Shown here: positions 27,027-37,062 of the stretch, in pieces
Layout of the letters: each line of letters starts with the position of its first letter
How positions within the stretch are numbered: position 1 is the first letter of the stretch
Origin: an uncultured bacterium
Lineage (GTDB): Bacteria > Edwardsbacteria > AC1 > EtOH8
DNA: 64,000 nucleotides
Assembly (NCBI GenBank): GCA_963780225.1
Contig: CAWAAX010000009.1
Location: 64,001-128,000, forward strand
Direction of reading: 5' to 3'
Program-made: the position numbers and the translations under genes
Notes under the pieces: generated by a model
Seen by the model: only the letters and a program-made list of their open reading frames with translations
The model's database searches: none
Told to the model about the DNA's origin: nothing

Positions 27027-27695
27027 ATGGAACAAAGACATTTTGACCGGGAGTTATTGGAACTGAAGGAAAAGCTGCTGTTGATGGCGGCCAAGGTGGA
27101 GCAGCTGATCAAGCAGTCCATAGAATCCCTGATGAAGAAGGATGCGGTGCTGGCCCAGTCGCTTTTTGCCCTGGACAAGGAAGTGGACAAACTGGAGATC
27201 GAGATCGAAGAGGATGCCATCGCGCTGATAGCCCGGCACCAGCCGGCGGCCGGTGACCTGAGGTTCCTGATCGGGGCCATCAAGATCAACAACGATCTGG
27301 AGCGGATCAGCGACCACGGGGTGAACATCGCCCAGAGCGCCATCCGGCTGGCCGCACAGCCGGAGCTGAAACCCCTGATAGACATCCCGAGGATGGCCGA
27401 GCTTTCAATCGGCATGCTGAAAGACAGCCTGGACAGCTTCGTCAACAACGACCCGGACAAGGCCCGGGCGGTGTGCAAGAGCGACGACCAGGTGGATGAC
27501 CTGAAGGACCAGATATTCAGGGAACTGCTGACCTACATGATGGAGAAGCAGGACTCCATCGGCCGGGCCATGGACCTGATCCTGGTCAGCCGGAACCTGG
27601 AGCGGGTGGCCGACCTCTCCACCAACATCAGCGAGGAGGAGATCTACATCTCCGAGGCCAAGATCGTAAAGCACAATGTTCAGAAGGGGAAATGA
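27027..27695 (+). CDS. phoU: Phosphate signalling/transport regulator PhoU
   Basis: QP.AGDLR, DLERISDH, DDQVD, RNLERVAD. Confidence 0.95.
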   Translation: MEQRHFDRELLELKEKLLLMAAKVEQLIKQSIESLMKKDAVLAQSLFALDKEVDKLEIEIEEDAIALIARHQPAAGDLRFLIGAIKINNDLERISDHGVNIAQSAIRLAAQPELKPLIDIPRMAELSIGMLKDSLDSFVNNDPDKARAVCKSDDQVDDLKDQIFRELLTYMMEKQDSIGRAMDLILVSRNLERVADLSTNISEEEIYISEAKIVKHNVQKGK

Positions 27696-27748
27696 TTATT
27701 CGAGCAGTTCCTTGAGCAAAAATAAATTTCTTTGCGGCAGGTCGCTTA

Positions 27749-27776
27749 AAAAGGCTGGACTTTGGTCCGGCCTTTT
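27749..27776 (+). terminator. Intrinsic terminator after phoU
   Basis: aaaaggctggac-tttg-gtccggcctttt. Confidence 0.65.
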
Positions 27777-27884
27777 ATTATAATACCAAAGCCCGGAACT
27801 TTTCCGGGAGTAATAATCCATGATCCCGGGAAATATTCCTGTATTCATGGCTTCCTTATAAATAAATCCATCTCGAAAGAAAAC

Positions 27885-30041
27885 ATGCTTAGCGAACTTC
27901 AAATAACCCAGGTGATCACCAAGGAGCTGGGACTGCAGCCGTTCCAGGTCAGCAATACTTTGGAACTTTTCGGCGAAGGGGCCACCATTCCCTTCATCGC
28001 CCGGTACCGCAAGGAGAAGACCGGCCTGCTGGACGAGGTCCAGATCCGGGACATCCGCGACCGGTTCGATTACATCAAGGAACTGGACGAGCGCAAGGCG
28101 GCCATCCTGAAAAGCATAGAGGAGCAGGGCAAACTGACCGATGAGCTGAAGGCCAAGATCGAGGCCTGCCTGGTTAAGCAGGAGCTGGAGGATCTTTACC
28201 TGCCCTACAAGCAGAAGCGGAAGACCAAGGGCATGGTGGCCAAAGAAAAGGGTCTGGAGCCTCTGGCTTTGTCGCTGTGGCTGCAGGAGGGAAGTTTTGA
28301 CCCGCAGGCAGAGGCCGAAAAATACCTCAACCCGGAACAGGGGATCAACAGCGCCAAGGAGGCCCTGGACGGGGCCCGGTACATCATAGCCGAGCTGATC
28401 TCCGACGACGCCGAGGTCCGCAAATACCTGCGGGAGATCACCATGGCCAAGGGGATACTGGTCTCCCAGGTCAAGGACGAGTTCAAGGAACAGAAGACAA
28501 AGTTCAACCAGTACTACGAATTCAAGGAGCCGTTGAAGCTGATCCCCTCCCACCGCTACCTGGCCATCATGCGGGGGGAGAACGAGGAAGTGCTGAACGC
28601 CAAGGTGGAAGCCCCGGCCGAGGAGATCAACCAGTATCTGCTCAACAAATTCATCAAAGACAGATCCTTCGCCCAGTTCCAGTATTTAAGCGAGGTGATA
28701 GGGTTCGCCTACCGGATCTACCTGAACACCTCCATCGAGGTGGAATTGCGCTCGGAGATCAAGGAAAAGTCCGACGCCGAGGCCATCCGGGTGTTCGCCG
28801 AGAATCTCAGGAACCTGCTGCTGGCCCCGCCGGCCGGCTCCAAGGCCATCATGGGGATAGACCCCGGCCTGCGCACCGGCTGCAAGATAGCGGTGGTGGA
28901 TGAGACCGGGAAATTCATGGAATACTCCACCATCTTCCCCCACAGTTCGGCCTCCCAAAAACAGGAAGCGGCCAAGACCCTGGCGGCCCTGGCCAAAAAA
29001 TACAAGATGGAGCTGGCTTCCATCGGCAACGGCACCGCCTCCCGGGAGACCGACCAGTTCGTCCGGGAGGTGATCGCGGAGCACAAGGGGATCAAGCTGC
29101 AGCCGGTGGTGGTCAGCGAATCAGGGGCCTCGGTCTACTCGGCCTCGGACCTGGCCCGGGAGGAGTTCCCGGACCTGGATGTCTCGGTCCGCGGCGCCGT
29201 CTCCATCGCCCGCCGCCTGCAGGACCCGCTGGCCGAGCTGGTGAAGATCGACCCCAAGGCCATCGGGGTGGGCCAGTACCAGCACGACGTCAACCAGCCC
29301 AAGCTCAAGCAGTCGCTGCACGAGACGGTGGAATCCTGCGTCAACTTCGTGGGGGTGGATCTGAACACCGCCTCCTATTCGCTGCTGTCCTACGTTTCCG
29401 GCCTGAGCGAGGCCATGGCCAAGAACATCGTAAAATACCGGGACGAGCAGGGAGCCTTCAAGAACCGGAAGGAACTGCTCAAGGTGGCCAGGCTGGGGCC
29501 CAAAGCCTTTGAGCAGGCGGCGGGATTTTTAAGGATCCGGGACGGGGCCGACCCGCTGGACAACTCGGCCGTCCATCCCGAGAGCTACGCCATCGTCAAG
29601 CAGATGGCCAAGTACCTGAAGACCAAGACCGGACAGCTGGTGGGCGATCCCCTGCTGGCCGGGCAGATCGACCCGAAAAAATACGTCACCCCGGAGGTGG
29701 GCCTGCCCACCCTGAACGACATCCTATCGGAACTTAAAAAACCCGGGCGCGATCCAAGAGACAAATTCGAGCCGGCCAACTTCAAGGACGGGGTCACCGA
29801 GATCAGGCACCTTAAGCCGGACATGATGCTGGAGGGGGTGGTGACCAACGTGGCCAATTTCGGGGCCTTCGTGGACATCGGGGTCCACCAGGACGGGCTG
29901 GTGCACATCTCCCAGCTGGCCAACAAATATGTGAAGGACCCCAAGGAAGTGGTCAAGGTGGGCCAGCGGGTCAAGGTCCGAGTGCTGGAGATAGACCTGG
30001 AACGCAAGAGGATCGCTCTGTCAATGAAGGGAAATCAATAA
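27885..30041 (+). CDS. tex: Tex transcription accessory protein (YqgFc, HhH, S1)
   Basis: EGATIPFIARYRKE, GIDPGLRTGCK, ESGASVYSAS, ARRLQDPLAELVKI, GVGQYQHD, S1 FGAFVDIGV; start taken at ATG 27885. Confidence 0.95.
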   Translation: MLSELQITQVITKELGLQPFQVSNTLELFGEGATIPFIARYRKEKTGLLDEVQIRDIRDRFDYIKELDERKAAILKSIEEQGKLTDELKAKIEACLVKQELEDLYLPYKQKRKTKGMVAKEKGLEPLALSLWLQEGSFDPQAEAEKYLNPEQGINSAKEALDGARYIIAELISDDAEVRKYLREITMAKGILVSQVKDEFKEQKTKFNQYYEFKEPLKLIPSHRYLAIMRGENEEVLNAKVEAPAEEINQYLLNKFIKDRSFAQFQYLSEVIGFAYRIYLNTSIEVELRSEIKEKSDAEAIRVFAENLRNLLLAPPAGSKAIMGIDPGLRTGCKIAVVDETGKFMEYSTIFPHSSASQKQEAAKTLAALAKKYKMELASIGNGTASRETDQFVREVIAEHKGIKLQPVVVSESGASVYSASDLAREEFPDLDVSVRGAVSIARRLQDPLAELVKIDPKAIGVGQYQHDVNQPKLKQSLHETVESCVNFVGVDLNTASYSLLSYVSGLSEAMAKNIVKYRDEQGAFKNRKELLKVARLGPKAFEQAAGFLRIRDGADPLDNSAVHPESYAIVKQMAKYLKTKTGQLVGDPLLAGQIDPKKYVTPEVGLPTLNDILSELKKPGRDPRDKFEPANFKDGVTEIRHLKPDMMLEGVVTNVANFGAFVDIGVHQDGLVHISQLANKYVKDPKEVVKVGQRVKVRVLEIDLERKRIALSMKGNQ

Positions 30042-30057
30042 TACATAGGAGAATCAA

Positions 30058-31530
30058 ATGAGCAAAGTAATAATCATCGGAGCGGGCCTGGGCGGGCTGA
30101 CCGCCGGCAACCTGCTGGCCCGGAAAGGCCACCAGACCACGATCTTTGAATCCCACACCGCCCCGGGAGGTTATGTGGCGGGCTTCCGGCGCCAGGGTTT
30201 TTATTTTGAAAGCGGCACACTTTCCTTTGAGTCACTATCAACGGTTAAAAAGGCGATGAAACAATTGGGGGTGCTGGACAAGATAGAGATCGTTCCCCAG
30301 CAAACCCGTTTCGTGTCCGACCGTTTCGACATCACCACTTCCGAGACCTTCGCCGGTTTTAAGCAGGCCATCCTGGCCGCTTATCCCGAGCACCAGCAGA
30401 ACCTGAAGCGGTATTTTTCCGAGGTCGACAAGCTGATCAGGGCCATCGAGCCCTTTATGCTGCCCGACCCGCCCTGGACCTCGTATCTCCGGGGGGCGGC
30501 GGGCGGGGCGGAGGTGCTGCTTAAATACGGCCGGACCAATCTGGGCGATTTCACCGCAAAATATTTTGAACGCGACAGCGAACTTTTCCGGCTGTTCAAG
30601 AATTTCGGCTATCCCGACATGAGCGCCCTGATCCTGGGCGGGGCCATCATCAGCATCTTTTCCGATTACTGGACGATCAAGGGCGGCATGCAGTCCTGGG
30701 CCGACGCCCTGGCCCAAAGTTTCACCGGGCTGGGGGGCGAGTTAAAACTGGGAACTCCGGTGGAAAAGATAATCACCGAAAAGGGCCGGGCCATTGGTGT
30801 GGTATCGAAAGGTGTCAGCCATGGTGCTGACCATGTGATCTCGGCCTGCGATTACAAGAACACTTTCCTTAAATTGCTGGACGACCAATCACTGATCCCC
30901 GTCCGCCAATTGGAAAAGATCAAGAACACCCAGGTCTCCGAAGGAATATTCACCGTCTATCTGGGACTGTCCATAGACAACCGGAAGCTGGCCGAATATA
31001 TGAAGATCCCCCATGTCTCGCTGTTTGACGAGCAGCCCGGGGCCGACGTCCGCAATTCCAACGACCCCGACTTCTTTAAAAAATCATCGGTCAGCCTTTA
31101 CTCCCCGTCGCTGATCAATCCCGAACTGGCTCCGGCCGGGAAATCCTGCCTGATGCTGCAGATGGTATGCCCACACCGCTGGATGGACAACTGGGGCGGC
31201 GGAGACAGGGATAAATACAAAAACCTTAAGGAACAGGTAAGCCAGACCCTGATCAGCAAGGCCCGGAAACTGATCCCGGACCTGGAAAAGATGGTCGAAT
31301 TCAAGGGAGCGGCCACCCCGTTGACATATCAGCGCTACACCGGCAACACCGACGGGGCTACTTCCTCCTGGAGCTGGAATCCCAAGAACAAATTCCATAA
31401 AAGCATCCTGGGAACATTTGTGGAAACGCCGGTTAAAAATCTGCTGATAGGTTCCTGCTGGGCCATGCAAATCGGGGGGATCCCCGGGGCCATCAGCGCC
31501 GCCCAGCAATGCGTCAAGAGGATAAAATAG
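30058..31530 (+). CDS. FAD-dependent oxidoreductase, phytoene desaturase/CrtISO-like family
   Basis: IIIGAGLGGL, PGGY, GGMQ, ATPLTYQRYTGN..G, TPVKNL. Confidence 0.85.
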   Translation: MSKVIIIGAGLGGLTAGNLLARKGHQTTIFESHTAPGGYVAGFRRQGFYFESGTLSFESLSTVKKAMKQLGVLDKIEIVPQQTRFVSDRFDITTSETFAGFKQAILAAYPEHQQNLKRYFSEVDKLIRAIEPFMLPDPPWTSYLRGAAGGAEVLLKYGRTNLGDFTAKYFERDSELFRLFKNFGYPDMSALILGGAIISIFSDYWTIKGGMQSWADALAQSFTGLGGELKLGTPVEKIITEKGRAIGVVSKGVSHGADHVISACDYKNTFLKLLDDQSLIPVRQLEKIKNTQVSEGIFTVYLGLSIDNRKLAEYMKIPHVSLFDEQPGADVRNSNDPDFFKKSSVSLYSPSLINPELAPAGKSCLMLQMVCPHRWMDNWGGGDRDKYKNLKEQVSQTLISKARKLIPDLEKMVEFKGAATPLTYQRYTGNTDGATSSWSWNPKNKFHKSILGTFVETPVKNLLIGSCWAMQIGGIPGAISAAQQCVKRIK

Positions 31531-31635
31531 TTAAGGCGGACTTTTCAATCATAAAGACACCAGGGGCTTTAATTCGGGCAAATATATCTTAAAGGCGACC
31601 GGCGGATTGCCAATCAGAAAACACTCGATACTTTA

Positions 31636-31669
31636 AAATAGCCGGTCTCTCCAAGAGGCTGGCTATTTT
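31636..31669 (+). terminator. Intrinsic terminator
   Basis: aaaatagccggtctc-tccaa-gaggctggctatttt. Confidence 0.65.
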
Positions 31670-31782
31670 CGGTTGGTAAATGTTCAACAAAACCTAAAAA
31701 ATATAATTATTTTACTTGACTTTAAAATCAATTTTTATTAATATTACACTGATATATAAGGTATTACCATATAATAGGTTTA

Positions 31783-33102
31783 ATGAAAAGAACCGTATCC
31801 ATAATAATAAGCGTGATATTGGCCTTGGCGGCTTTGGGTCTTACGGTGTTTGCCCTGCGGCAAAATCAAAAACCAGCAGGCAGCACCGCGCCGGACGAGC
31901 TTAAGACCCGCTCCGAGCTTATTGCCAAGAGCCTGGCCCGCAGTCTTTCCGACCCGGTGGCCAATGCCGACGATCTTTCTATGTCCGAACTGATGGCCCA
32001 GGCCCAGACCGATTATCCCGAAGTGTCGCAGATCCGGGTGGCCAACAGCAAGGGGCAGATGGTGGCATCCACCGAGGAGGATCTAGTGGGCCAATCCCTG
32101 TTGTTGCCGGCCGGGATCAAAACGCTGGCGGACGAGAACCTGCTGCTACAGCCTGCGTCGGCCGGACCCAAGGAAAGATCTTACTGGACAGCAGCTCCCA
32201 TTTTGCTGGGCAAGGATAAGATAGGAAGCATTTACCTTTTGACCAAAGGTCAGGCCCAGCCGGCTGCTTTTTCCAAATCGGCTATTCCCATTCCGTTGCT
32301 GGCCGGGCAGGCGGCGTCCCTGATCATTATAATACTGCTGCTGGCGCTTTCGGCGTCCAAGACAATTACCGTGGCTACCACAGGCGAGGCTTTGGCTGAA
32401 TTTGAGCGCAAGAAAAAAGAAATAGAAAAAGAGCTGGACTCCAAGCGCAAGGATCTTAAAAAAGTGGAGGCCGAGGCGGCCGACCATACCCGATGGTTGG
32501 AGATGTTCCGGGGAGAGGAATCCGACCTGACCAGCCAGGTAAAAAAAATGCGGCAGGAGCGGACCGAGTTGGAAGGCTTGATAGACCAGGGGCGCAAGCA
32601 ATTAGTGGAGTTTGAAAGCCTGTTCCGGAACAAGCAGTCCAAGTTGGAAGAGGTCAGTAATCAACTGACCGCCAGGATTGAAGAGGGCATCGAACTGGAT
32701 AGGCGGCTAGTCAGCGTTCAGCAGCAGGAGTCGGAGCTTAATACCCGGATGATGGAGCTTAAGAAGGGCGAAGTAAATTTGGCCCAGTGGCTCAAACAAT
32801 CCAAGGTTGAAGTCCAGAACCTGGTTCAGTTCATTGCCGAAAAACGAATAGAGGAAAGCGAGCTGGAGCAGACCATCGAAGAGCGGCGGCGCGAGGCGTC
32901 CGAGCTGGAGCAGAAGGTGGAGGAAACGCGGGGCAACATCCAGGAATTATCCGATATCAGCGAACAGTGGTCCGGAGAGAAGGATCGCCTTTCTCTGGAA
33001 ATAGGTGAAAAGCAAAAAGACCTGACCGCGGTAATGCAGCTGCTGGAAGGCAGCCGGGCCAGGTTGGAAAAACTGCAAAAACAGGAAACTGCGGTCAAAT
33101 GA
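31783..33102 (+). CDS. Two-TM protein with periplasmic Cache-like domain and long cytoplasmic coiled coil
   Basis: TM at aa ~6-24 and ~168-190; IRVANSKGQMVAS and APILLG..IGSIYL; heptad E/K/L-rich tail with no enzymatic motif. Confidence 0.7.
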   Translation: MKRTVSIIISVILALAALGLTVFALRQNQKPAGSTAPDELKTRSELIAKSLARSLSDPVANADDLSMSELMAQAQTDYPEVSQIRVANSKGQMVASTEEDLVGQSLLLPAGIKTLADENLLLQPASAGPKERSYWTAAPILLGKDKIGSIYLLTKGQAQPAAFSKSAIPIPLLAGQAASLIIIILLLALSASKTITVATTGEALAEFERKKKEIEKELDSKRKDLKKVEAEAADHTRWLEMFRGEESDLTSQVKKMRQERTELEGLIDQGRKQLVEFESLFRNKQSKLEEVSNQLTARIEEGIELDRRLVSVQQQESELNTRMMELKKGEVNLAQWLKQSKVEVQNLVQFIAEKRIEESELEQTIEERRREASELEQKVEETRGNIQELSDISEQWSGEKDRLSLEIGEKQKDLTAVMQLLEGSRARLEKLQKQETAVK

Positions 33103-34667
33103 CAAACTACTACGAAATTCTGGGAGTAAGCCGCGGAGCTACAGCTTCTGAGATCTCCCAGACCTACCGGCGCTTATTGCAGGACGTCTATCAGGAAATG
33201 GGCAGGGAAGCCGATTTGGCCTCCTTGAGCCATGCCCATAAAATGCTGATCAATCCAGCCAAGCGCCGGGAGTACGATGCCATGCTTGATCTTTTATCCG
33301 GGCAGTTCATTGTCGAAGATCCCGAAAAACCCACCAAGGCCGAGAAGGCCTATTTAGAAGGCCTTAAAGCTTTCGATCTCCAGAACTATCAGGAGGCGGT
33401 GCAGTATTTTGCCCGGGCCGCCCGGCTGGATCCCAAGCAGGGACACTTTTTCAGTCAGTGGGGGCTGTCCATCGGAATGTTTCCGGGCCGGCTTTCCGAA
33501 GCAGAGCTTTACTGCAAAAAGGCCATCGAGCTCGATTCCGATAATCCGGTATTCTATTTCAATCTAGGGTTTTTGTACCAGCGCCATAATTTAAGCGAGG
33601 CCGCCCAGCAGTCATTTATCAAGGCTCAGGAAGCCCAACAGGTGCGGCAGGCCAAGCACGCGGCCCAGCAGTCGGCCGCCATCTCTGCGCCATGGGGGGG
33701 CGATGCCGGCCGCCCGCTTAAAAAACATGATTCCACCGAAGATAACATAACCCAGCTCGACGGAGAACAGCCTTCGGTGATCGTTCTGCCCCATGCCGAA
33801 GAGTCCGTTCTGGAAAATAAAAAAGTTGATCAACCGGTTTCCACCGCTGAACCAGGGATGGAACAGGCCCAGGTCCTAGCCGAGGAACCGATCGATTTGT
33901 CGGGGATCGATGATCTGTTAAGCGAACTGGATTCCCTGGAATCCAGCATGGATCAGGTGGAGACTTTCAACAACAGGAATATCCTGGAACCGGAGGAATC
34001 CAAACTGGAGATCGTCACCGTTCAGGAAGAACTGATCGTCCAGCGCCAGTCTGGGGAATCGCATCCTTTGCCCGGCAGCCAGACCGAAATCAATGAAGTA
34101 TCTGAAGAGCCCAAACTGGAGCTCGTCACCGTTCAGGAAGAACTTGTTGCCCAGAGCCAGCCAGGGGACATTCAAACCCCTGGATTACCAGGGGAATCGG
34201 AGAGTTTGAACGAATCGTCTTTGGACCTTTTAAAGGAGCTGGATTCCATTGAAACCATGGTGGCCGGAATAGAGCAAGCCGGGATGGAGGCTCAGCCAGA
34301 AGATATTTTGGAAAATCCCCAACAACTAGAAATATCTAATCAACCAGGCTTGCCGGTTATTTCAGAGAACGATGTCCCGGTATCCAACATTGAAGACCTG
34401 GAGGACGAGGCCTTAAAGGTACTGCCGGAACCGGATAGTCCATCGGATGATCAACCTTCTGAATCGGTCCTGCCCAATTCAAATGAAGAAACACCTGCCG
34501 CGGTTTCCCAAGGCGTGCCAAAACTTAAGAAAAAAAATTCCAGATCTGATTCCGAGGCCATAAGGGAAAAAATGGAGAGGCTGAATCAGATGGAGGAACA
34601 GATGATGGAGGAGCTGCTTAGGCTTAAGGCCGAGCGAGTACAATTACGCGCTAATTTGGAGGTCTGA
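33099..34667 (+). CDS. J-like domain (no HPD) + TPR repeats + acidic disordered region + C-terminal coiled coil
   Basis: NYYEILGVSRGAT..EI...YR..L.NP.KRREYD; three TPR-like helix pairs; E/D/P-rich region; ATGA overlap with the upstream gene. Confidence 0.75.
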   Translation: MTNYYEILGVSRGATASEISQTYRRLLQDVYQEMGREADLASLSHAHKMLINPAKRREYDAMLDLLSGQFIVEDPEKPTKAEKAYLEGLKAFDLQNYQEAVQYFARAARLDPKQGHFFSQWGLSIGMFPGRLSEAELYCKKAIELDSDNPVFYFNLGFLYQRHNLSEAAQQSFIKAQEAQQVRQAKHAAQQSAAISAPWGGDAGRPLKKHDSTEDNITQLDGEQPSVIVLPHAEESVLENKKVDQPVSTAEPGMEQAQVLAEEPIDLSGIDDLLSELDSLESSMDQVETFNNRNILEPEESKLEIVTVQEELIVQRQSGESHPLPGSQTEINEVSEEPKLELVTVQEELVAQSQPGDIQTPGLPGESESLNESSLDLLKELDSIETMVAGIEQAGMEAQPEDILENPQQLEISNQPGLPVISENDVPVSNIEDLEDEALKVLPEPDSPSDDQPSESVLPNSNEETPAAVSQGVPKLKKKNSRSDSEAIREKMERLNQMEEQMMEELLRLKAERVQLRANLEV

Positions 34668-34708
34668 AAAATCCGAAGCTGGATTAAACTGGTTTGGTGT
34701 AAATAAAT

Positions 34709-34747
34709 AAAAGCCGGCGGCCCGAAAAAATAGGGGCGCCGGCTTTT
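34709..34747. terminator. Bidirectional terminator
   Basis: aaaagccggcg...cgccggctttt between convergent genes. Confidence 0.7.
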
Positions 34748-34776
34748 ATAATTGCCAAGGGGAAGGTCTGTGCTTC

Positions 34777-35832
34777 CTATGTCTTTAGTATCTGCTGGAG
34801 GTTGTCAGGGTCGGGTGATTTGCTAAGGGCCTCGTCTAAGGTTATCATCTTTCGTTTGAACAGCGAAGCCAGCGACATGTTTAAAGTGCACATGCCCTGC
34901 TTGACGCTGGTCTGGATTAGGCTTTGCAGCTGGTAGGTCTTTCCCTCCCGGATCAGATTCCTTACCGCGCCGGTGCCGGTCATTATCTCATGGGCCGCCA
35001 CCCGGCCCCGGCCGTCGGCCCGTTTTACCAGGATCTGGGAGACCACCGCCACGAAGTTAACAGCTACCTGCATCCGGATCTGTTCCTGCTGGAACAAGGG
35101 GAAGACATCGATGATCCGGTCGATGGTTTGGACGGCGTCGGTGGTATGGAGGGTGGCCAGCACCAGGTGTCCGGTCTCGGCCGCGGTGATGGCCAACTGG
35201 ATGGTCTCCAGGTCGCGCATTTCTCCGATCAGGATGCAGTCCGGGTCCTGTCGCAGCACGTACTTCAGGGCGTCGGCAAAGGTCAAAGTATCGCGGCCCA
35301 GCTCCCGCTGATTGACGATGGCTTTTTTGTCGGCATGGATGAACTCTACTGGATCCTCCACCGTCATGATGTGGCAGGGCTCGTTGGCGTTACGGTGGTC
35401 GATCATTGACGCCTGGGTGGTGGACTTGCCGCAGCCGGCCGGGCCGGTCACCAGCACCAGGCCGCGGGGCCGCATAGAAGCCTCCTTTAAAATGGCTGGG
35501 AATCCCAGCTCATCCAGGGTGGGGATTCTCTCGGGGACCAGCCGGAAGACCATGCCCAGCGAACTGCGCTGCAGGAACAGGTTGACCCGGAACCGTCCGG
35601 TGCCGGCTTGGGTGTAGGCGAAGTCCAACTCCAGGTCCTGGGTGAACTTCTGCCACTGGGCCGGGGTCAGCACCGAACCCACGAAGCGCTTGACATCGTC
35701 GGGGGTCAGGGCCGGAAACTGGCTGGGCATCAGATCTCCGTTGATCCGCAGCAGCGGAGTGCTGCCGACCTTAAGGTGAAGGTCCGAAGCCCCCTGCTGG
35801 GCCATGTGCTGCAATAGCTGGAGTATTTCCAT
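34777..35832 (-). CDS. pilT: Type IV pilus retraction ATPase PilT family (second copy)
   Basis: ASDLH, GPAGCGKST, TVEDPVE, LRQDPD..IGEMRD, TGHLVLATLHT, AVRNLIRE. Confidence 0.9.
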   Translation of the reverse strand: MEILQLLQHMAQQGASDLHLKVGSTPLLRINGDLMPSQFPALTPDDVKRFVGSVLTPAQWQKFTQDLELDFAYTQAGTGRFRVNLFLQRSSLGMVFRLVPERIPTLDELGFPAILKEASMRPRGLVLVTGPAGCGKSTTQASMIDHRNANEPCHIMTVEDPVEFIHADKKAIVNQRELGRDTLTFADALKYVLRQDPDCILIGEMRDLETIQLAITAAETGHLVLATLHTTDAVQTIDRIIDVFPLFQQEQIRMQVAVNFVAVVSQILVKRADGRGRVAAHEIMTGTGAVRNLIREGKTYQLQSLIQTSVKQGMCTLNMSLASLFKRKMITLDEALSKSPDPDNLQQILKT

Positions 35833-36000
35833 TTTACATCAAGTGGTGTGTATGAATGTTCCGGCGACAGTTAATGTGGTAGTGATACCTCGGCGATACT
35901 ATGGTAATGCGGTGGACCAAACAATCGTATGCCCATGGTATAACAACGGCATTCTCAACCGTTTTACAATTGTAATAGCAGGCCGCATTCTCCGGGAAGA

Positions 36001-37062
36001 TCAGACCTTCATGATCATCCGTTCAAATTCTATGGGATTGGAAGACTTGGCCATAGCGTCCTCTATGGTCACCTGTCCTTTCAGGTAGTAGTCCTTTAAG
36101 CAGGAATCCAGGGTGACCATTCCGTACTTGCCGCCGCTTTGGATGGCGCTGTAAATCTGGTGGGTCTTGCCTTCCCGGATGATGGCCCGGAGGGCCGGGG
36201 TGCAGGTCAGCACTTCGTAGGCCACCATCCGCCCCTTGCCGTCGGTGCGGGGCAGCAGGGTCTGGGAGAAGATGGCCTGGAGGGTGGTGGAGAGCTGGAG
36301 CCGCACCTGCTGTTGCTGGGCCGGGGGAAAGACGTCGATGATCCGGTCCACGGTCTGGGCGGCGTCGGCGGTGTGGAGGGTGGCCATCACCAGGTGGCCG
36401 GTCTCGGCCGCGGTGATGGCCAGGCTGATGGTCTCCAGGTCGCGCATCTCGCCCACCAGGATGATGTCAGGGTTCTGGCGCATCACGTGCTTCAGGGCCC
36501 CGGCAAAGCTGTGGGTGTCGATCCCGACCTCGCGCTGGTTGACGCAGGCTTTCTTGTCCCGGTGCAGGAACTCGATGGGATCTTCGATGGTGATGATGTG
36601 GCAGGAACGGTTCTCGTTGATGAAGTCGATCATGGCCGCCAGGCTGGTGGATTTGCCGGAGCCGGTGGGACCAGTGACCAGCACCAGGCCCCGGGGCAGC
36701 ATGGAGACCTTTTTCATGATCTGGGGCAGGGCCAGCTCGTCAATGGTCTTGATCAAAAGTGGGATGACCCGCAACACCGCCCCCACCGCGTTTTTCTGTT
36801 TAAAGACGTTGACCCGGAAGCGGGAGACGCCGGGGATGGAATAAGATAGGTCCAGTTGGAGGGTCTGCTCGTACTTCTGGCGCCGTTCTTCGTTCAATAT
36901 CTCGTACAGCAACATCTTGGTATCGTCGGCCGTCATCACCGGCAGGCTGGTGCGCACCAGCTGTCCGTGGATCCTGTAAATGGGTGGCTCGCCGCACTTG
37001 ATGTGCAGATCAGAACCCTGCTGGCTGACCAGCATTCTTAACAATTCGTCTATTTTGGCCAT
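36001..37062 (-). CDS. pilT: Type IV pilus retraction ATPase PilT
   Basis: GSDLH, GPTGSGKST, TIEDPIE, VGEMRD, TGHLVMATLHT. Confidence 0.92.
   Translation of the reverse strand: MAKIDELLRMLVSQQGSDLHIKCGEPPIYRIHGQLVRTSLPVMTADDTKMLLYEILNEERRQKYEQTLQLDLSYSIPGVSRFRVNVFKQKNAVGAVLRVIPLLIKTIDELALPQIMKKVSMLPRGLVLVTGPTGSGKSTSLAAMIDFINENRSCHIITIEDPIEFLHRDKKACVNQREVGIDTHSFAGALKHVMRQNPDIILVGEMRDLETISLAITAAETGHLVMATLHTADAAQTVDRIIDVFPPAQQQQVRLQLSTTLQAIFSQTLLPRTDGKGRMVAYEVLTCTPALRAIIREGKTHQIYSAIQSGGKYGMVTLDSCLKDYYLKGQVTIEDAMAKSSNPIEFERMIMKV

Noticed and set aside
27762..27884. N-terminal extension of Tex
   Set aside because: It begins inside a terminator hairpin; recognisable Tex sequence starts at ATG 27885
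30058..31530. Carotenoid biosynthesis locus
   Set aside because: No crtB/crtE or related genes nearby; only family-level similarity
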